64,000 nt of DNA from Phoronis australis (GCA_002633005.1 NMRA01000167.1:674460-738459); one strand, 5' to 3'; counted from the stretch's first letter, positions 27,050-40,200 are shown. Program-made: numbers and translations. The notes: generated by a model from the letters alone, not told the origin.

Positions 27050-27955
27050 CTCACCAAGTTTTTAATAAATCAAACCAAGAACGTATGCCATTCAGCCTGG
27101 TAGTAGCAGGGAAGTGTATGATTGCATTGAGGCACTTTAAAGTGGAACGAACACAATTGGAAGTGATTTCAAATCCAACAAACTCGACTTCGTCCTTGGC
27201 AAACACGGGTGTGTCTTGGTTAAGGACGATCATATGGTGCCCACAGATGTCAATCCGTTGAAATGCTTGGAAGAAACGCATTTGGTGTGATTGGGTACGT
27301 GGGACACTATTTCATCATAGTGTCTAGTGTATCCATCTCCAGATGCTGTCTTGCAGCGGTAACTACACCAAGATGTAAATGTCGTGAGGTGACGGTCTTA
27401 CTCTTTGATTGGTACGCTGTGTTTTTTTTCTGATCATTCGGGACTGACCTTGTCTGGTAAAATGGAGACAGAGTGTGACGTGTTTCAAGAGTTGTACATT
27501 TACATGAATGTTTATTGAGGGGTTGAAATCCGACTGATCGTCGCGAGAGTCCAGACTGTTTCACCATGTTGTGACACCAAGTAATAGGCTCGTCAATTGG
27601 CACTGGCTCGACGACGCCAAGCCTGATATCTTGGTCTAGTGCGGCCGTTAAACTATCCTACCAATGAAGTGGGGTCGGGTATGGGGGTATGGAGTGCAAA
27701 TTGTTAATCGTTGTCGCCCACCATAAGCGGTAGGGGTTCATGGTGAAATACACCTGAGCGATAAAAGTCCATCAGGTCCATTGTAGCATTTCCCTGTTCA
27801 TATCGTTGGCTGAGAATGGGAGATAGTTGCCAGGGGTGGTGGCCGCTGGCGTTGTACACATTTTCAAAGTGATGTAAGTCCACTCTGGTTAGGACTTTCT
27901 CGTACAGTCCTTATATCAGAAGTGTTTACCTCTGCCCCTGCGAGCTGTTGCTATT
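27050..27955 (-). mobile_element. Gypsy RT fragment homologous to 8100-9035
   Basis: PIDEPITWCHNMVKQSGLSRRSVGFQPLN; VLNQDTPVFAKDEVEFVGFEI; collinear with the copy A intronic Gypsy in the same orientation. Confidence 0.85.
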
Positions 27956-28699
27956 GAAGGATTCCTTCACTTCTTTATTGGGAAGTCGAATTTGTGCATG
28001 CTCAGTAATGCCTAAGATTTTCTTGAAAGCAGATGGTTACACAGCAAAATCGTGTTGTGACATTTTAAAAACCCACTCTAAATCCCACGGCAGTTAATGC
28101 GCACGCTCCAATTTTTACCGCGCTCGCTAGGTGATGTGACTTCATCATCTCAATTTTTAAAATATAGGCCAAAGGTGAGCCATTGCGGTGTTGTCAGTCA
28201 AATGTTCGTTTCCAAAATGTCACCACTTATACTTGTCTTTAATTGGCGTTACTTGAAACTGTTTGTATTTCAATGAATTATTGTTTGTATTTGATAAAAA
28301 TAAATGCTGTTGATATGACATTTAATAGTCTTTGTGCACATTTTTGATATTTTAATGTTTAACAACACGGCAAATGCACGGCTGGTTCCCGGCAGCACGT
28401 ACGCAAAGGGCGGGAACCGGTAGGATCGCAACTTCTGACCTTCGGCCTGGTTAAAAAGAATGAAAATTTTGATTTCACGATTTTGGGAACTGAAATAGGG
28501 ACTGATCGAAGAAAAAGTTTCATAACGGGAGTATTTGTTCGAGTTGGAAGGACTTAAACACATCGACAACCTCCTAAGGTGTTCTTCTATGCGCAATAGG
28601 TATTTATAACAACGTGACTTTGATGGTTTAGTCGGTGCGAGGCATAATTCGCCGAAAAGCTTCCGGCGTACAGAGCGCCTATAGCCTCAGCATCGCCTC

Positions 28700-30537
28700 T
28701 GGTTCGGGCCAACAGAGGCGATGGTCATTGCCTAATGCTGATGTTGAAAACATAGCCACAGCACGTCTCGTGGAGTTAGCTCTAAAGTCTTTTAAACCAT
28801 GGAAGTCCCCTTGACTAGACATGATATATCCTATAATGTTGCAAGAAGCTGGGATACTACTATTCCAAATACTCACATCAACTTACAAAGCCAGTCTTGG
28901 ACTAGGTTATGTCCCTAAGACTTGGACTGAAGCTAGAGTAGTCTTCATTCCTAAACCAGGGAAGAACTCATACCTTTTGGCTGAATCATTTAGGCCTATA
29001 ACCTTAACATCCTTTCTTCTCAACGGACTGGAAAGGCTCATCCTGTGGCATCTTGATAAACAAGGAATACAGAACAAACTTCAGAACAACCAGTATGCTT
29101 ACAGGCCTGGCTTCTCTACGGAGACCGCTCTACGTCATCTGGTTGCTAGGCTTGAAAGGGCCTTCATTGATCTTGTTAGTGTTTTCAGCAATATTAAGCA
29201 TGATGCCATTCGGATTGCACTGAACCACTTTAAAGTGAATAGGTGCCTTACCAGGTGGATCATTAACATGCTTGGAAGTCAATCTGTGATTGCTTGTCTA
29301 GACGTTGTGAGATTGGCGGTTCGCATCACCAGAGGAACACCTCAGGGTGGCGCTGCCTCACCCACACTCTTTAACATGGTTATAGATGGTTTTCTTCGAC
29401 AATTGTCTACTGAAATGGGTCCAAGCTTGTATGCTGAAGCCTATGCAGATGATATTATTCTCAGTGTGTCTAGCATCACTCCTGACACATGTCGCTATCT
29501 TGCTCAAAGAGCACTGAATACAACAGCCACATGGGCCAAGTCAGTTGGCGTAAACATTAGTGTTAGAAAACAAAGGTGATGATGTTCACTTGGAAGCTTA
29601 AATGGTCAATGCGGCCTTTAACGCTGAATGGTAAACATCTTGATCTTGTAGACAAGGCGACTTACTTAGGTGTCGTTTTACACCATTGTCTTTCCTAGAC
29701 CCGCGTATTACAGAAAAAAATCTCAAAAGCCAAATCTGCATTAGTGAGATGCAGTCGTGCGGTTGGTAAAACTTCGGAAATGTCTCCCAAGAATATGTTC
29801 GGGATTTATACTGCTGTTATCCGTCCTACATGTATAATGTCCTATGCTGCGTCGATATGGGTCTAACAGTATTAAAACTGATGACAATTATCAACAAACT
29901 TAGGCAGCTGCAACGTCTAGCTTGTCTCTGCATAACCTCTGCTTTTCCAGGAACGCCTTCTGCAGCCCTAGAAATGCTAATCGGTCTTCCACCACTGTAC
30001 ATATACATGTACCTTGAGGGTGAAGCTGCATGTGCTGCACTTCGTCTCAGAAAAAAATGATCAGTGGGTGAAAACTAACATCCCTGACTCCCTTGCACAC
30101 AGAAGCCACAGGAATGTTTGCAATAAGCTAATGGCCAAGACTGGGCAACTATGGAACATGCCTAGTGATGTCCAGGTCACAGCTTTAAATCATACAAACA
30201 ATTTCTTTACGGAAATTTGCGATGGATGGCCTACCGCAGAACAAAGAATGGTTTATTATACGGACGGCTCTAAACTGGAAAATGGCCAGACAGGTGCTGG
30301 GGTCTACTTTCCAAGACATAATGTTGCAGATGCAGAAAACTGGGTATCGCTAGGCAATCTTGCCACGGTGTTTCAGGCTGAGATCACTGCAATTAATAGA
30401 GCTGCTCCACTGGCACAACAATATAACACTGAGCTTGGCAATCGGCCAATTACCATCTTTTCAAATAGCCATGCAGCAATAAAAGCCTTAAAAAACTAAG
30501 GGTCAACTCTCGTTGTGTTAATGCTTGTATTAAGTAT
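28700..30537 (+). mobile_element. RNase H-encoding non-LTR retrotransposon (Loa/Lian, R1/I group), 5' part
   Basis: RT VVFIPKPGK, FRPITLTSFLL, GTPQGG..SP, AYADD; RNase H YTDGSK, TVFQAEITAI, IFSNSHAAIKAL; interrupted at 30537. Confidence 0.9.
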
Positions 30538-33500
30538 CAGTCCACGGATCCACCGACCACTGTACAGCCAAAAAGCGGCAAGGTGGGGGGTCAACCATTC
30601 AGATCCATGTTTAGTCTGATAAATCACATTAGGGATGAGAGAAAATGGGTGAAGTATGACACCACAAAGTTTGGTGGTTTAGGAGATACATGGGAAGTGT
30701 TCTTGGGGGCAAAATGAGGCAATTTCTTGCTGTGGAATGAGTCATTTTTGACCAAATTTTCTACTCCAGTTTCTGCTTCAAACAGAATCGTTTCTGAACA
30801 ATTTTGATATCACATGATAGGTTCATGACCAATGTCAGTAAAAACGGCACCGACACTGCAATATCGGTTACCATGGTAACACTGCAACTGTTTCCGTGGA
30901 GGTACATTTCCGTCTTGTGAAAAACCAGCAGTAAGCTGTACCCTTATAGCGAAGCTGCCCCCGCAAGAAAACTAAAAATAATAACATGGACATGTAGAAG
31001 ACTCCATGCCCTTGAAATTAATACAATAAAAACTTTGTCAGCGCTTCAGGCAGGCTTGGTAATAGGTGTCTGAATTTCACTATTTTCAGACCGCGTATGT
31101 GTATTTGTCATGTTAAACCAGTCACTAGTTGTGCGCCGTTTCTACGCATTAATATGCCGTGGTATAAAACAACAATTAAAACAATTGGTTTGCTTAAATG
31201 TTTTTAATTAATTTTAAGGACACTAGCATTTCCCAATAAATAATGAAATTATACTAAATTTGTTCATCCAATTCGTCTGAATACCAAACTAAAGCTTACA
31301 ATGCGTTAGTTGAATGATGGCTGACCTAAAGTGCGGGTTTGCGAATTTATCTATTTATCTGGCACTGCCAGTCGCATCGAATGTGGTATTTCTACAAATT
31401 GCGGGGAGAAACAACTTTGGAAACTCTAGGGAAATACACAAGGTATAGAGCGAGACATTTGAGCACCTTATAAGAGTACGTGGAGCTGATGTGGAGGTGG
31501 AACGTGTCCTCCTGAGTAGTCTGTCTCAGTGTCTGCCTCGGAGGCACTGTGTGCAGCAGGAGCTACATAATCTACCGTATTAGGTTCACTTGCCCGAATC
31601 ATCGTTACAACACTCGAGATATGTTGGCGTCGCCAAAGACACTTAGAACATTCACTGCACACTAGAGGAGAAATCTGATAGAGGTCTGAAAAATTACCAA
31701 AGACGTTTAAAGCCAAGGTTCAACGTCCTGCTTCGTGTGAGCTCAGGTAGGAATCACTAAACTCCAGGGTCTGACCCTGAGGAATATTTTTAGAAGCCCG
31801 TCATTCATGCAAAAATACTTTTATTGACACAAAGTGATTGCTTATAGCTTTGGCCTTATTGCTTAATCATATCTTATCCAAATGTGTTGATGTTTATGCA
31901 ACTACATGTATACAATGGCATAGAAAATAAGGTTGTCATCATAACTTTTCATAACAACCACCAAATGTGTAACATGACTTCTGCCCATGAAATACTTTTA
32001 GAGACTAGGGAGTATGTTTTGTCTACCAATGATTTTCTGCGATTGTGAAGTTAATTAAACATGCTAAAGCCGTCAAAAATATTGGTCCCTTCACTTATTT
32101 TAGCTTGGTATTCATATTTTGTGAGCCGAAATGGCCACATTAAATTTAATATGTTTAATTTTTCATTAATACAATTTTAGGAATCGGGAAAGGCTTATGC
32201 TGAAGAAGTGGCTTCTGCTGAAGTTGGAGACTTGCCGATTATTAGTAAAGGTTGGGTATGGAAAATTTCACAACCAGCGAGAAGATACCCTTCTGGACAA
32301 CTAAGTGAGGGGGCTAGAGAGAGGCCGAAAAGTCTACTCCCAGAAGATATGTAAAAGAGAATTTGTAGCTTGAGGAACGAGTTGGGGAAAAAGCATTTGC
32401 CAAAGATTACTGGCTTATACCACAACAGGTCCAAAGTAATTTGTTGAGATAGGCCACTCTCAACAAATGTGGGGAAACTGGGACAGAGGAAGTGGAGTAT
32501 GCATAGAAAGAGGCAATCTGCGATTGTCAAGGATGTAGCATTGTAAAAATTCAATGGGAGGAAACAGTACAGTGGCTGGACCTGTAAATACTCTGGCTGA
32601 TCTGCTAAATCCAGTGGGGGCATTATTGTATCAGCACAGCTGTGTAGGGAAGTAGGCCTGTGTGTTGTCGCAAGCTTTGTTTGCACCAGAACTGCTTGTG
32701 TGAACAGCACAAGTCTAAAATTTACCTAGTCTAAGACTGAGTTTTTGTCCAGGCACGGATTATGATCCTGGGCCACATGGTAATGGTACATTGTTCATTT
32801 TGTTTAGCCACTGGATTTTTTGGTCTGACAGGATTACTCAGTGTCGCCATCACATTTAGATGATTTCTGACCTCTGTACTATTTCTTTTCCTTGAAGATG
32901 CGTAATTGATCTGAATTTATGTTTCCGCATTTTATTTACCATTGTAGATTTTTGTTTGTAAATGGGTATATATTACTGAAATTTGAGACCCTGTTGCAGT
33001 TTTTTTTGCTGGTTTTTAACTTATCTTTCTGCCTGGGTTGTAAACCCATATTCTGTCCAGGATGTAATAAGTTTTGATTTAGACCATTTACCTCTATAAA
33101 CTTTGCTCAGTTTGTTCCTTATCCAGATGGGAAGTGATTTCTGGAATTGTAGCGAATTGACAGTTTGCTATTCCTTGAGACCATGCTGTGTGTATAAAAT
33201 CGCACATTATTAGTGTGGTAGCAATTGCATATTGCCAGATCTTTCAAAGTTCTGAAATTTCTCAAAGTGACCTGGAAGTAATACCTATTTCGTGATGGTA
33301 AAATGTCTAAATCAAAAGTTGTTCTATGTGATTTTAGGCGAGTTTATGTCCACTTCAAATGATTTTTTGTTGTAGTACTGAAAAGTAGTGGCACATTAGC
33401 TCTGGTGGCTCCTTGTTTTTTTGGCGAATTGATCATTTTATGGTTCCCATGGGTAGTTTTGTTACTGGGTCTAGTATGTATGTACAACTGTAATCGTAGG

Positions 33501-35559
33501 GCAATTGTAATGCAAACCGTGTTGCAAAAGTATTTTTTCATGACCATTTCATTGTAAAATGCTGCCTAATTGGAACCAACAAGCCAATTTTTCATTTTGT
33601 GGTGGTTAGTTTTGATAAGAACATTGATGTGGTAAATACAGCTACCTCAAGTTTGTGAAGAAGAGATTTCCAGTGTTGTCAGCGATATTGCGAAATCACT
33701 TTTTCGCAGTGAGACTACATCACCTTGAATGTAATTCCCTGACTTTATGAGCTTTGTGTGGTTGACTCTGTCCTGTAGCAATTAGAGTGTTGAAAAGATC
33801 TAGAAGGCAATTTTTTATTAGAGTCATAACATTTGCACTTTTGACTGTACAGTTATCTTTGCATTGTATTACGAAAACATATTTTGTAGTACGCAAGTCT
33901 CTGGTTGGTATTTTATATTTTTTCACAAGGAATATTTTCAACTTAGATGAGTTGTCTGTGAGGTAGGCAATTTTCAAATAAGATAATGAATAAAATTGTC
34001 AAACATTGTTTTATTTTTTAGATGTGTGATCTTCCAATAAGTGATTACTTTTAAAAAACCTGTGCAGAATTTGATTTTTACTCTTCATTTGAAGGAGAAT
34101 AAATCCATAAACCTGCATTGTCTAGAAATTTTACTCAAACTACATATTACAGGGTTGGGGATTGGAATCTTAATACAACAGAGTCTGAACCCGTACCATG
34201 AGCAATACAACACAATACACGGATATAAAAATTTGGTGTTTAGGTTCCACGGAAAGGATTCGTGTGCGCGGTAATAGTTACTAAGGTGCGTGGTCATTGT
34301 TTGTGGATACTTTGGGATTCCTCTTCTGTGGTCATCCACGGGAAACCTGGTCGCATAGAGAACAATAGATTAGCATCTTCATTGTTTCCGTTGTTATAAT
34401 AAAGATATAATGACGAGCACTTATCGGCAACGGTCTGATGTACGCAAGGTTCTATATCCATGCGACCTGTGTTGTTACATCCAACAATGACACAACAAAG
34501 GAAAACAATGATAGGACCGATGGGCGAAAAACATGCGACGAGTTGCCATGGACAGTGGTGGAGTTTGTCTTGTCATTCGAATGTTTTTACAGAACTGCAA
34601 ACCCGGTATTTCGTCAGGAAAATTTCTGCGGTCTTTTGTTTTAAGTCGTGGGAAAAATTGCGGTCATGCAACCAAACTTATCCTTCATTTGATATTACAA
34701 TGCATTGCATGAACATTTGATCAACAGAAAATCTGACTTGAATATGTGTGAAGAAATACCCATGAGGAAATTGCAAAGTAAAACAACTGTAAATCAAAAT
34801 AACCTACATTTGTCGAGTTCATGTCTAACCCTGTTCACTGTGGAGGACATAATCGGCTTTTTACAAAATGGAGCCATGTATGGTATTTAGGGGTACTATA
34901 GCCCTAAGTGATCAGTAGTAAAACGTTCAAAACATTCAGGAGGAACTAACTTGTTGCAAAATATCGAAAAACATGAAGGACAATCGGATTTTACGGTGCT
35001 CACGCATCGATCTCAGATATATGAAAATTTCTCATTTTAGTACATTTGAGGTGCCAAAATATATAACTAATAAACTGGCTGACAAAGTTTTTATTTTATG
35101 AAATGAAAGTAACATGTTTTGTCAACATTTTGGCTAAGTTTCATTCTCATAACAGTGGGGGCAGATTTGGTACAGCAGTGTACTGAACACAACCTCAAAA
35201 TGGCATAACGGGGGGCAGTGTAGTAAAACTACTAAATGAGGGTGGTAAATCGGAATCGTGTTTCAAGACATCTGTGTAACAATCTACAGGCACCACTAAA
35301 CAATGCCAAGTGAATAATAAATCAATAGCTTTCATTCAAGGAAAAATATGAACAGTTAAAACTGGACAGTTTTTATACCGTGAAAACATGGCTGCGAAGC
35401 CGTAAAATGTGTTTGAGCCTATAACTTTAGAAAAACGCAATATTTTGAGGAAATATTTTACCGCTGTTTATAGATCCCATAGGACTACCTATGTGCCAAA
35501 TTTGGTGAAAATCGGCTGACCCCCACCTTGCCGCTCATGGCTGGTGCTCTCGTGGACTA
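30538..35559. mobile_element. 5.0-kb TIR DNA transposon (Academ-like, non-autonomous or decayed) inserted in the LINE RNase H domain
   Basis: Left end CAGTCCACG...CAGCCAAAAAGCGGCAAGGTGGGGGGTCA; right end reverse complement TAGTCCACG..CAGCCATGAGCGGCAAGGTGGGGGTCAG; 4-bp TSD GTAT/GTAC; LINE sequence resumes immediately after. Superfamily inferred only from YAG termini and TSD length. Confidence 0.75.
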
Positions 35560-36230
35560 GTACTTAATGAGCTTAACTAGCTTGCAATTGAAATAACCGT
35601 CAATATACGCTGGGTCAGGGCCCATGTGGGAATTGATGGCAATGAGAATGCAGATAGATTCGCAAAGATAGGAGCAAGCGTTCTGCATTTTGTGCCTGAA
35701 CCTGCTATCCCGGTATCTTACGGATGTTGCAGAATGAGTATACACAACTGGGTACATATCCAGTCAGCAGCCCACTGGGCATCACTTAACTCCTTCCGAA
35801 AGACCAAGGAGAATTTTCCCAACGTGATCGAACCAAAAGGTTCAAAAAGCCTTCTGAGTCTAGATAGATTGGGTATAAGACACGTCACTCAAATTTTGAC
35901 GGGCCGCTGCAACCTAGCCCGACACAGACATATTACTGGGCATATGGGGAGCCCTCTGAGTCCCGAGTGTAGTACTGACGTAGAATCTCCTAAACATCTG
36001 GTAGAGTCTTGCCCAGCTTTTTATAGGCTAAGGAGCAACCTACTGGATGACACTGTTACATGCCTACAGCATATAGCGCATGGCAACAAATGGAAACGTC
36101 TGTCCGTTTTCCTAAAGGAGACTGGTAGACTTAAAACCTTTCTTCACGAGGAGCCATAATTGGGCTCTCGTGCTTTTGCTCAGGTGTTTTATGCAATGGG
36201 CCTAACCATGAGGCATGCGCACGTTCGACA
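35560..36230 (+). mobile_element. 3' part of the same Loa/Lian-like LINE (RNase H end and zinc knuckle)
   Basis: WVRAHVGIDGNENADRFAK..EP, ILTGRCNLARH, C...ESPKHLVESCPA (ORF 35626-36159). Confidence 0.9.
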
Positions 36231-36528
36231 AATGATAATTCAAAATATCAAAATGATATGAGAAAAAATGCAACAGTAGAAATAAACGAATACCCAGGTA
36301 CATTCCCTTCACAGACAGCCAGAGGGCTTATCCCTGCAGTAAATCCAATGCGAAGCTGTTAACGTAAAAAACTGCTGCACATGCACTTGTTAAATAGCCG
36401 TCCGCAGTAACCTACCCCAACTTACGGACGCTGGACTTCAGACACTGAGCGGAATGCAAACGTTTGGGTCTCGTTGCATTCGACACATTACTTCAATGCA
36501 GCTGTTCAACTGAGAAATATCGTTACAG

Positions 36529-37260
36529 GTACAGCATCTCACAAGCAGCAAAACGGGGAGAATAAGAACAGGCTCGAAAGTCACATTCACCTGTGCAGAC
36601 GAATATACAACGAACAGCGGTAACAAATCATTGACAACCACATGCAAGTATCCGGGACAATTCAGCCCTGCTGTTCCAACAGCGTGTGTGGTAGCTACGA
36701 CAGTGAGCACTCCATCCGGTACGTCTCCTGCGACAAGAAAACCTACGACAGTGAGTACTCCACCCGGTACGTCTCCTGCGACAAGAAAACCTACGACTGC
36801 TCAACCGAATACTGCATCTGCGTCCAGAATGCACGAGTCGTCCACAACGTCAATATCAGGTGTTACGACTGCAGCTCACCCTATACCGTCCAAAGTAACT
36901 GAGGTCACGAGCGGATCCGCATCACGTTCCCTGTCAAATCCAAGCACGTTGGCTCCAGAACGATCTTCACTGCTGTCATCGATCAGAACACCAAAGGCAA
37001 GATCCAACACTACAATTGTGGATTCACTGGCAACGGTTGCTGCAACGATTGTTGGCAAAATGACACAGACTGTACCAGCTGTCACTTCAGGTCGACCAAC
37101 ACTGCCCACTGTAAATGCGGTCACGAGGTCCATAGACAAGTCAACGTCAACAGCTGTCGGCAAAACTTCAGGCACTGCAACTCCGGGAACGTCTTCTCAG
37201 TTCTACGAACTTTTTTCGTTGATCATAATTATTATGACCTGGGCATTGTTCACGTTTTAG
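36529..37260 (+). CDS. Copy B exon 2 (243 aa): Sushi/CCP module, mucin-like Ser/Thr/Pro stalk, C-terminal hydrophobic GPI-type signal
   Basis: Acceptor TTACAG|GTA, phase 0 matching the exon 1 donor; VQHLTS..GSKVTFTCADEYT..TCKYPGQFSPAVPTAC; about 170 aa rich in Thr/Ser; ends FYELFSLIIIIMTWALFTF-stop with no cytosolic tail. Confidence 0.85.
   Translation, partial: VQHLTSSKTGRIRTGSKVTFTCADEYTTNSGNKSLTTTCKYPGQFSPAVPTACVVATTVSTPSGTSPATRKPTTVSTPPGTSPATRKPTTAQPNTASASRMHESSTTSISGVTTAAHPIPSKVTEVTSGSASRSLSNPSTLAPERSSLLSSIRTPKARSNTTIVDSLATVAATIVGKMTQTVPAVTSGRPTLPTVNAVTRSIDKSTSTAVGKTSGTATPGTSSQFYELFSLIIIIMTWALFTF
36695..36797 (+). repeat. 48-bp coding tandem repeat (TTVSTPxGTSPATRKP x2)
   Basis: Units start at 36695 and 36743, partial third at 36791; single unit in copy A. 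Confidence 0.9.
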
Positions 37261-40200
37261 TTGAAGCAACACCAATACACGAGTCCAGGGCATTTCGAGA
37301 TAAGATCGTGAGCTCTTACATTGCAATATTTGGACGCAACTATAAAATATAGATGTTTACTTGCAATAGCCAGAAAATGGAGAAAACAAAGCTTCACAAT
37401 AAATTGATGCCACCAGTGCCTGAATAGAGTGGGGTTTGCACACACACTTTCTGATTATTTATCAAATTGGCTGGCATTCCTCTCGGCTTCGCTAATGTTT
37501 GTAATAGTATTGGGGGCTTTAAAAAGGCCTGGAACAAGAAAGGTCAACTAAATTGCATTATTCAAAGTGGTTCTCTCGCGTTTCATGTCTCTTTAAATGA
37601 ATCATTTCATAGACTTGTATTGTCTTTTTACCAAGGGACAACAAACAACATTTATTGACCATTGGGAGGACTTTGTCGGTGAAAACCTGTCCGACATTGC
37701 AATATATCCAAATTGTTACCGACATCACTACCTTTATATGAGCTCCAAATCCGTAGCATAACATAGGTAGTTCATAGTGAAATTGTGCACGTGTTGTGAT
37801 TGGAACGCTTCCCACTTTATGACAGTCCAGTCGATATCTCTCTCGAAAAATTGTGATTTTAGTAGGACCTATACCTTCACGTCTTCATATATCTTAAAAC
37901 TCTTGTGAAGTTTTTGGTTTGGCACTAAGTAAATTAGAATGAGAGACGACGGACGAAACTGTGGACTCGTGTATTACATATAAACCTTGAGTGAATTTGG
38001 CGTTTTCGCCTGGTCAACCGGCAAAGACAACTGACGACTCCCCACTTACAGGGCAATCAGATGTCTTAGCCAGTTGTCTATCAATATAATATTATAGGTG
38101 TTTATTTCAATAAAATATATCGCGTTAGCGATATAAACATTGACGCTTTGAGATATACAGCGGTAATAAGTTACGAAAATGCACTCTCTTGTAGACGCTT
38201 CATTTGAGAAGCCAACGATGAAAAAGCAGGAACATACCCGAATTACGTAAAGCTCTCTCGCGTAGGCCTAGCTGTGGAGCATCGGTTACCTGCTGTATCG
38301 CGCCGCCTAGTGGTTAACACATTAAGAGCAAAGCATTAAAAATTCGCGACATGATGCAGCATCAGTGATACGGTGCGAGTTAATTAGTTCATTTAATTGT
38401 CGGGCTCATAGCCTAGATACTCACATGTTCAAGTACATCGATTACTTCAAAGCAAAAGCAACGGGTGCAATTTTCTCTGTTTTAAAATTAGCTGTTGAGA
38501 TGCTTCAACGGCGACTGAGTTTAAAAAACACGTGAAAATAGTTCCACCTCGAACGATAGGTATACAGGCTACTCGGCTAGCTGAGCTGTCTATTACAAGA
38601 TAAGTGTGAGCTTAGCTGACAGTTCACGCCAATGAGGTGTGAAAATAAGACAACGCGTGAACTCCGTGGCGGATTTAGTGGGCCAAGCCGCCCAAAATTA
38701 TCCCAGGTTCCATTTGGCAGTTCAGTAGTGCGAATATTTGACGGGCAAAATCCTGGGTAATGCTGTACCCTGCCCGCCCCCCTTCCAACTCAAAATCATG
38801 GACCCGCCCCTACGATTTACGGATATTTGTGTACAGTCAAGACAATTCACAGAACGACAACGCGAACATATGTAGAAACAATGTTTTAGTGAAGCCAGGC
38901 AAGGTTGATTTCAGTAACACATACAACTAAACCCAAGAGGAAGCCCACACACACAACATGCTACTGTCTTCACTTTCCCAACAGAAAGCTTGATAAAGTT
39001 GCGAGACCAAAGAAACCCGAGAGGCAGCGCGCATTGGTTGGGTTTTCAAATTTGACTTGTTCCTCTAGTTGCGTTGCCTAGGAGACACATTGCCTCATTA
39101 TCCCGGTAACACTTGTTAGGAGGCAACTTCAGGCCCGGTATGCGAAGAAGCACAGGTTGATGGCCTCATAGTTTCAAGCTGAATTAAATACATGTAGGCT
39201 GTAGCTGTCGACCTGCCTGGATCACCGTGCGCAGCATTGGGCTGTGGAGACGCGCGCCAAAATCAAAGGTTCCACGTCCGGAGTTAAGACCTGTCTGATT
39301 ACTTCCATTCCCGGTGTTAACTCAGTGTCTTAACTCTAGACTGTGGATACAATACATTTTTACTTGAAGTTTAATTATATAACAGCTTAATATTTTGATG
39401 ACGTGTAATAAATTATTCGGGAGGTTAGGTAGATTGTGAACTTCGTAACTTCGAGGCTGCTGATTGTACAGTGGAAACTAGTACCTTACTGAAAAAGAAC
39501 GAGAACGAAGTCGAGCTTCGTTGACTTGTGGTTGCGACAATCTCGACCCAGTCGTTGAATTTCAATCGCGACCCAGTCGTTGAATTTCAAACTCCTTTGA
39601 GATTTTAACCAGTGTTCTTAAGTTGTTATTTATACCTTGCTTACTGCGATCAAACTGCAGCGTAGGCTACACGTGTATCACTTCCAAAGCTGCAAACTTT
39701 TTTCAACTGACGAAATTGCTGTGACTAATTTCGTCAAAAAACACCCTCTCGACCTTCGAGGTAACTCACGGTGATGAGTTAGCACATTTTTGTGAATTGC
39801 TCAAGAACGGTCCACATATAGGTAATGACACGGACATCTAAAACGGAGCGAGTAGGCCTACATGTAGATACGCCAGTGTGTCGGTTTATAACGAACAACT
39901 GGGGCCGAAGCGTTTTAGAAATTTTGAAATCGAATTCAGAATCTACTTCACTCTCGGTTACGATCGAATAGCTGCATGTGTGGGCGAACGCATTTTTAAA
40001 ACTTAATATACGAATCAAGAACGAGTCCACTGAACCAACATGTTATAGCCTCCAGTAGGTCCTTGAACTCAGATGGCTTTTCCCAATTTTTTGCAATAAA
40101 GGCAGTCGATTTGGCAAGTTTGAAACCCAAAAACAGAAGAAAAAAAAAAACGACGCGATCAAATCAAATCAAAGACCTACATGTACCAACCATACAAATG

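Noticed and set aside
32195-32710. 171-aa minus-strand ORF inside the TIR element
   Set aside because: No motif; the opposite strand looks more coding-like, so this is probably a shadow ORF.
36438-37175. Minus-strand ORFs overlapping exon 2 (also 12000-12401)
   Set aside because: Antisense shadows of the Thr/Ser-rich coding exon.
39545-39591. Short direct repeats (also 58788-58865) as a CRISPR-like array
   Set aside because: Only two adjacent units with no unique spacers, no cas genes, eukaryotic context.
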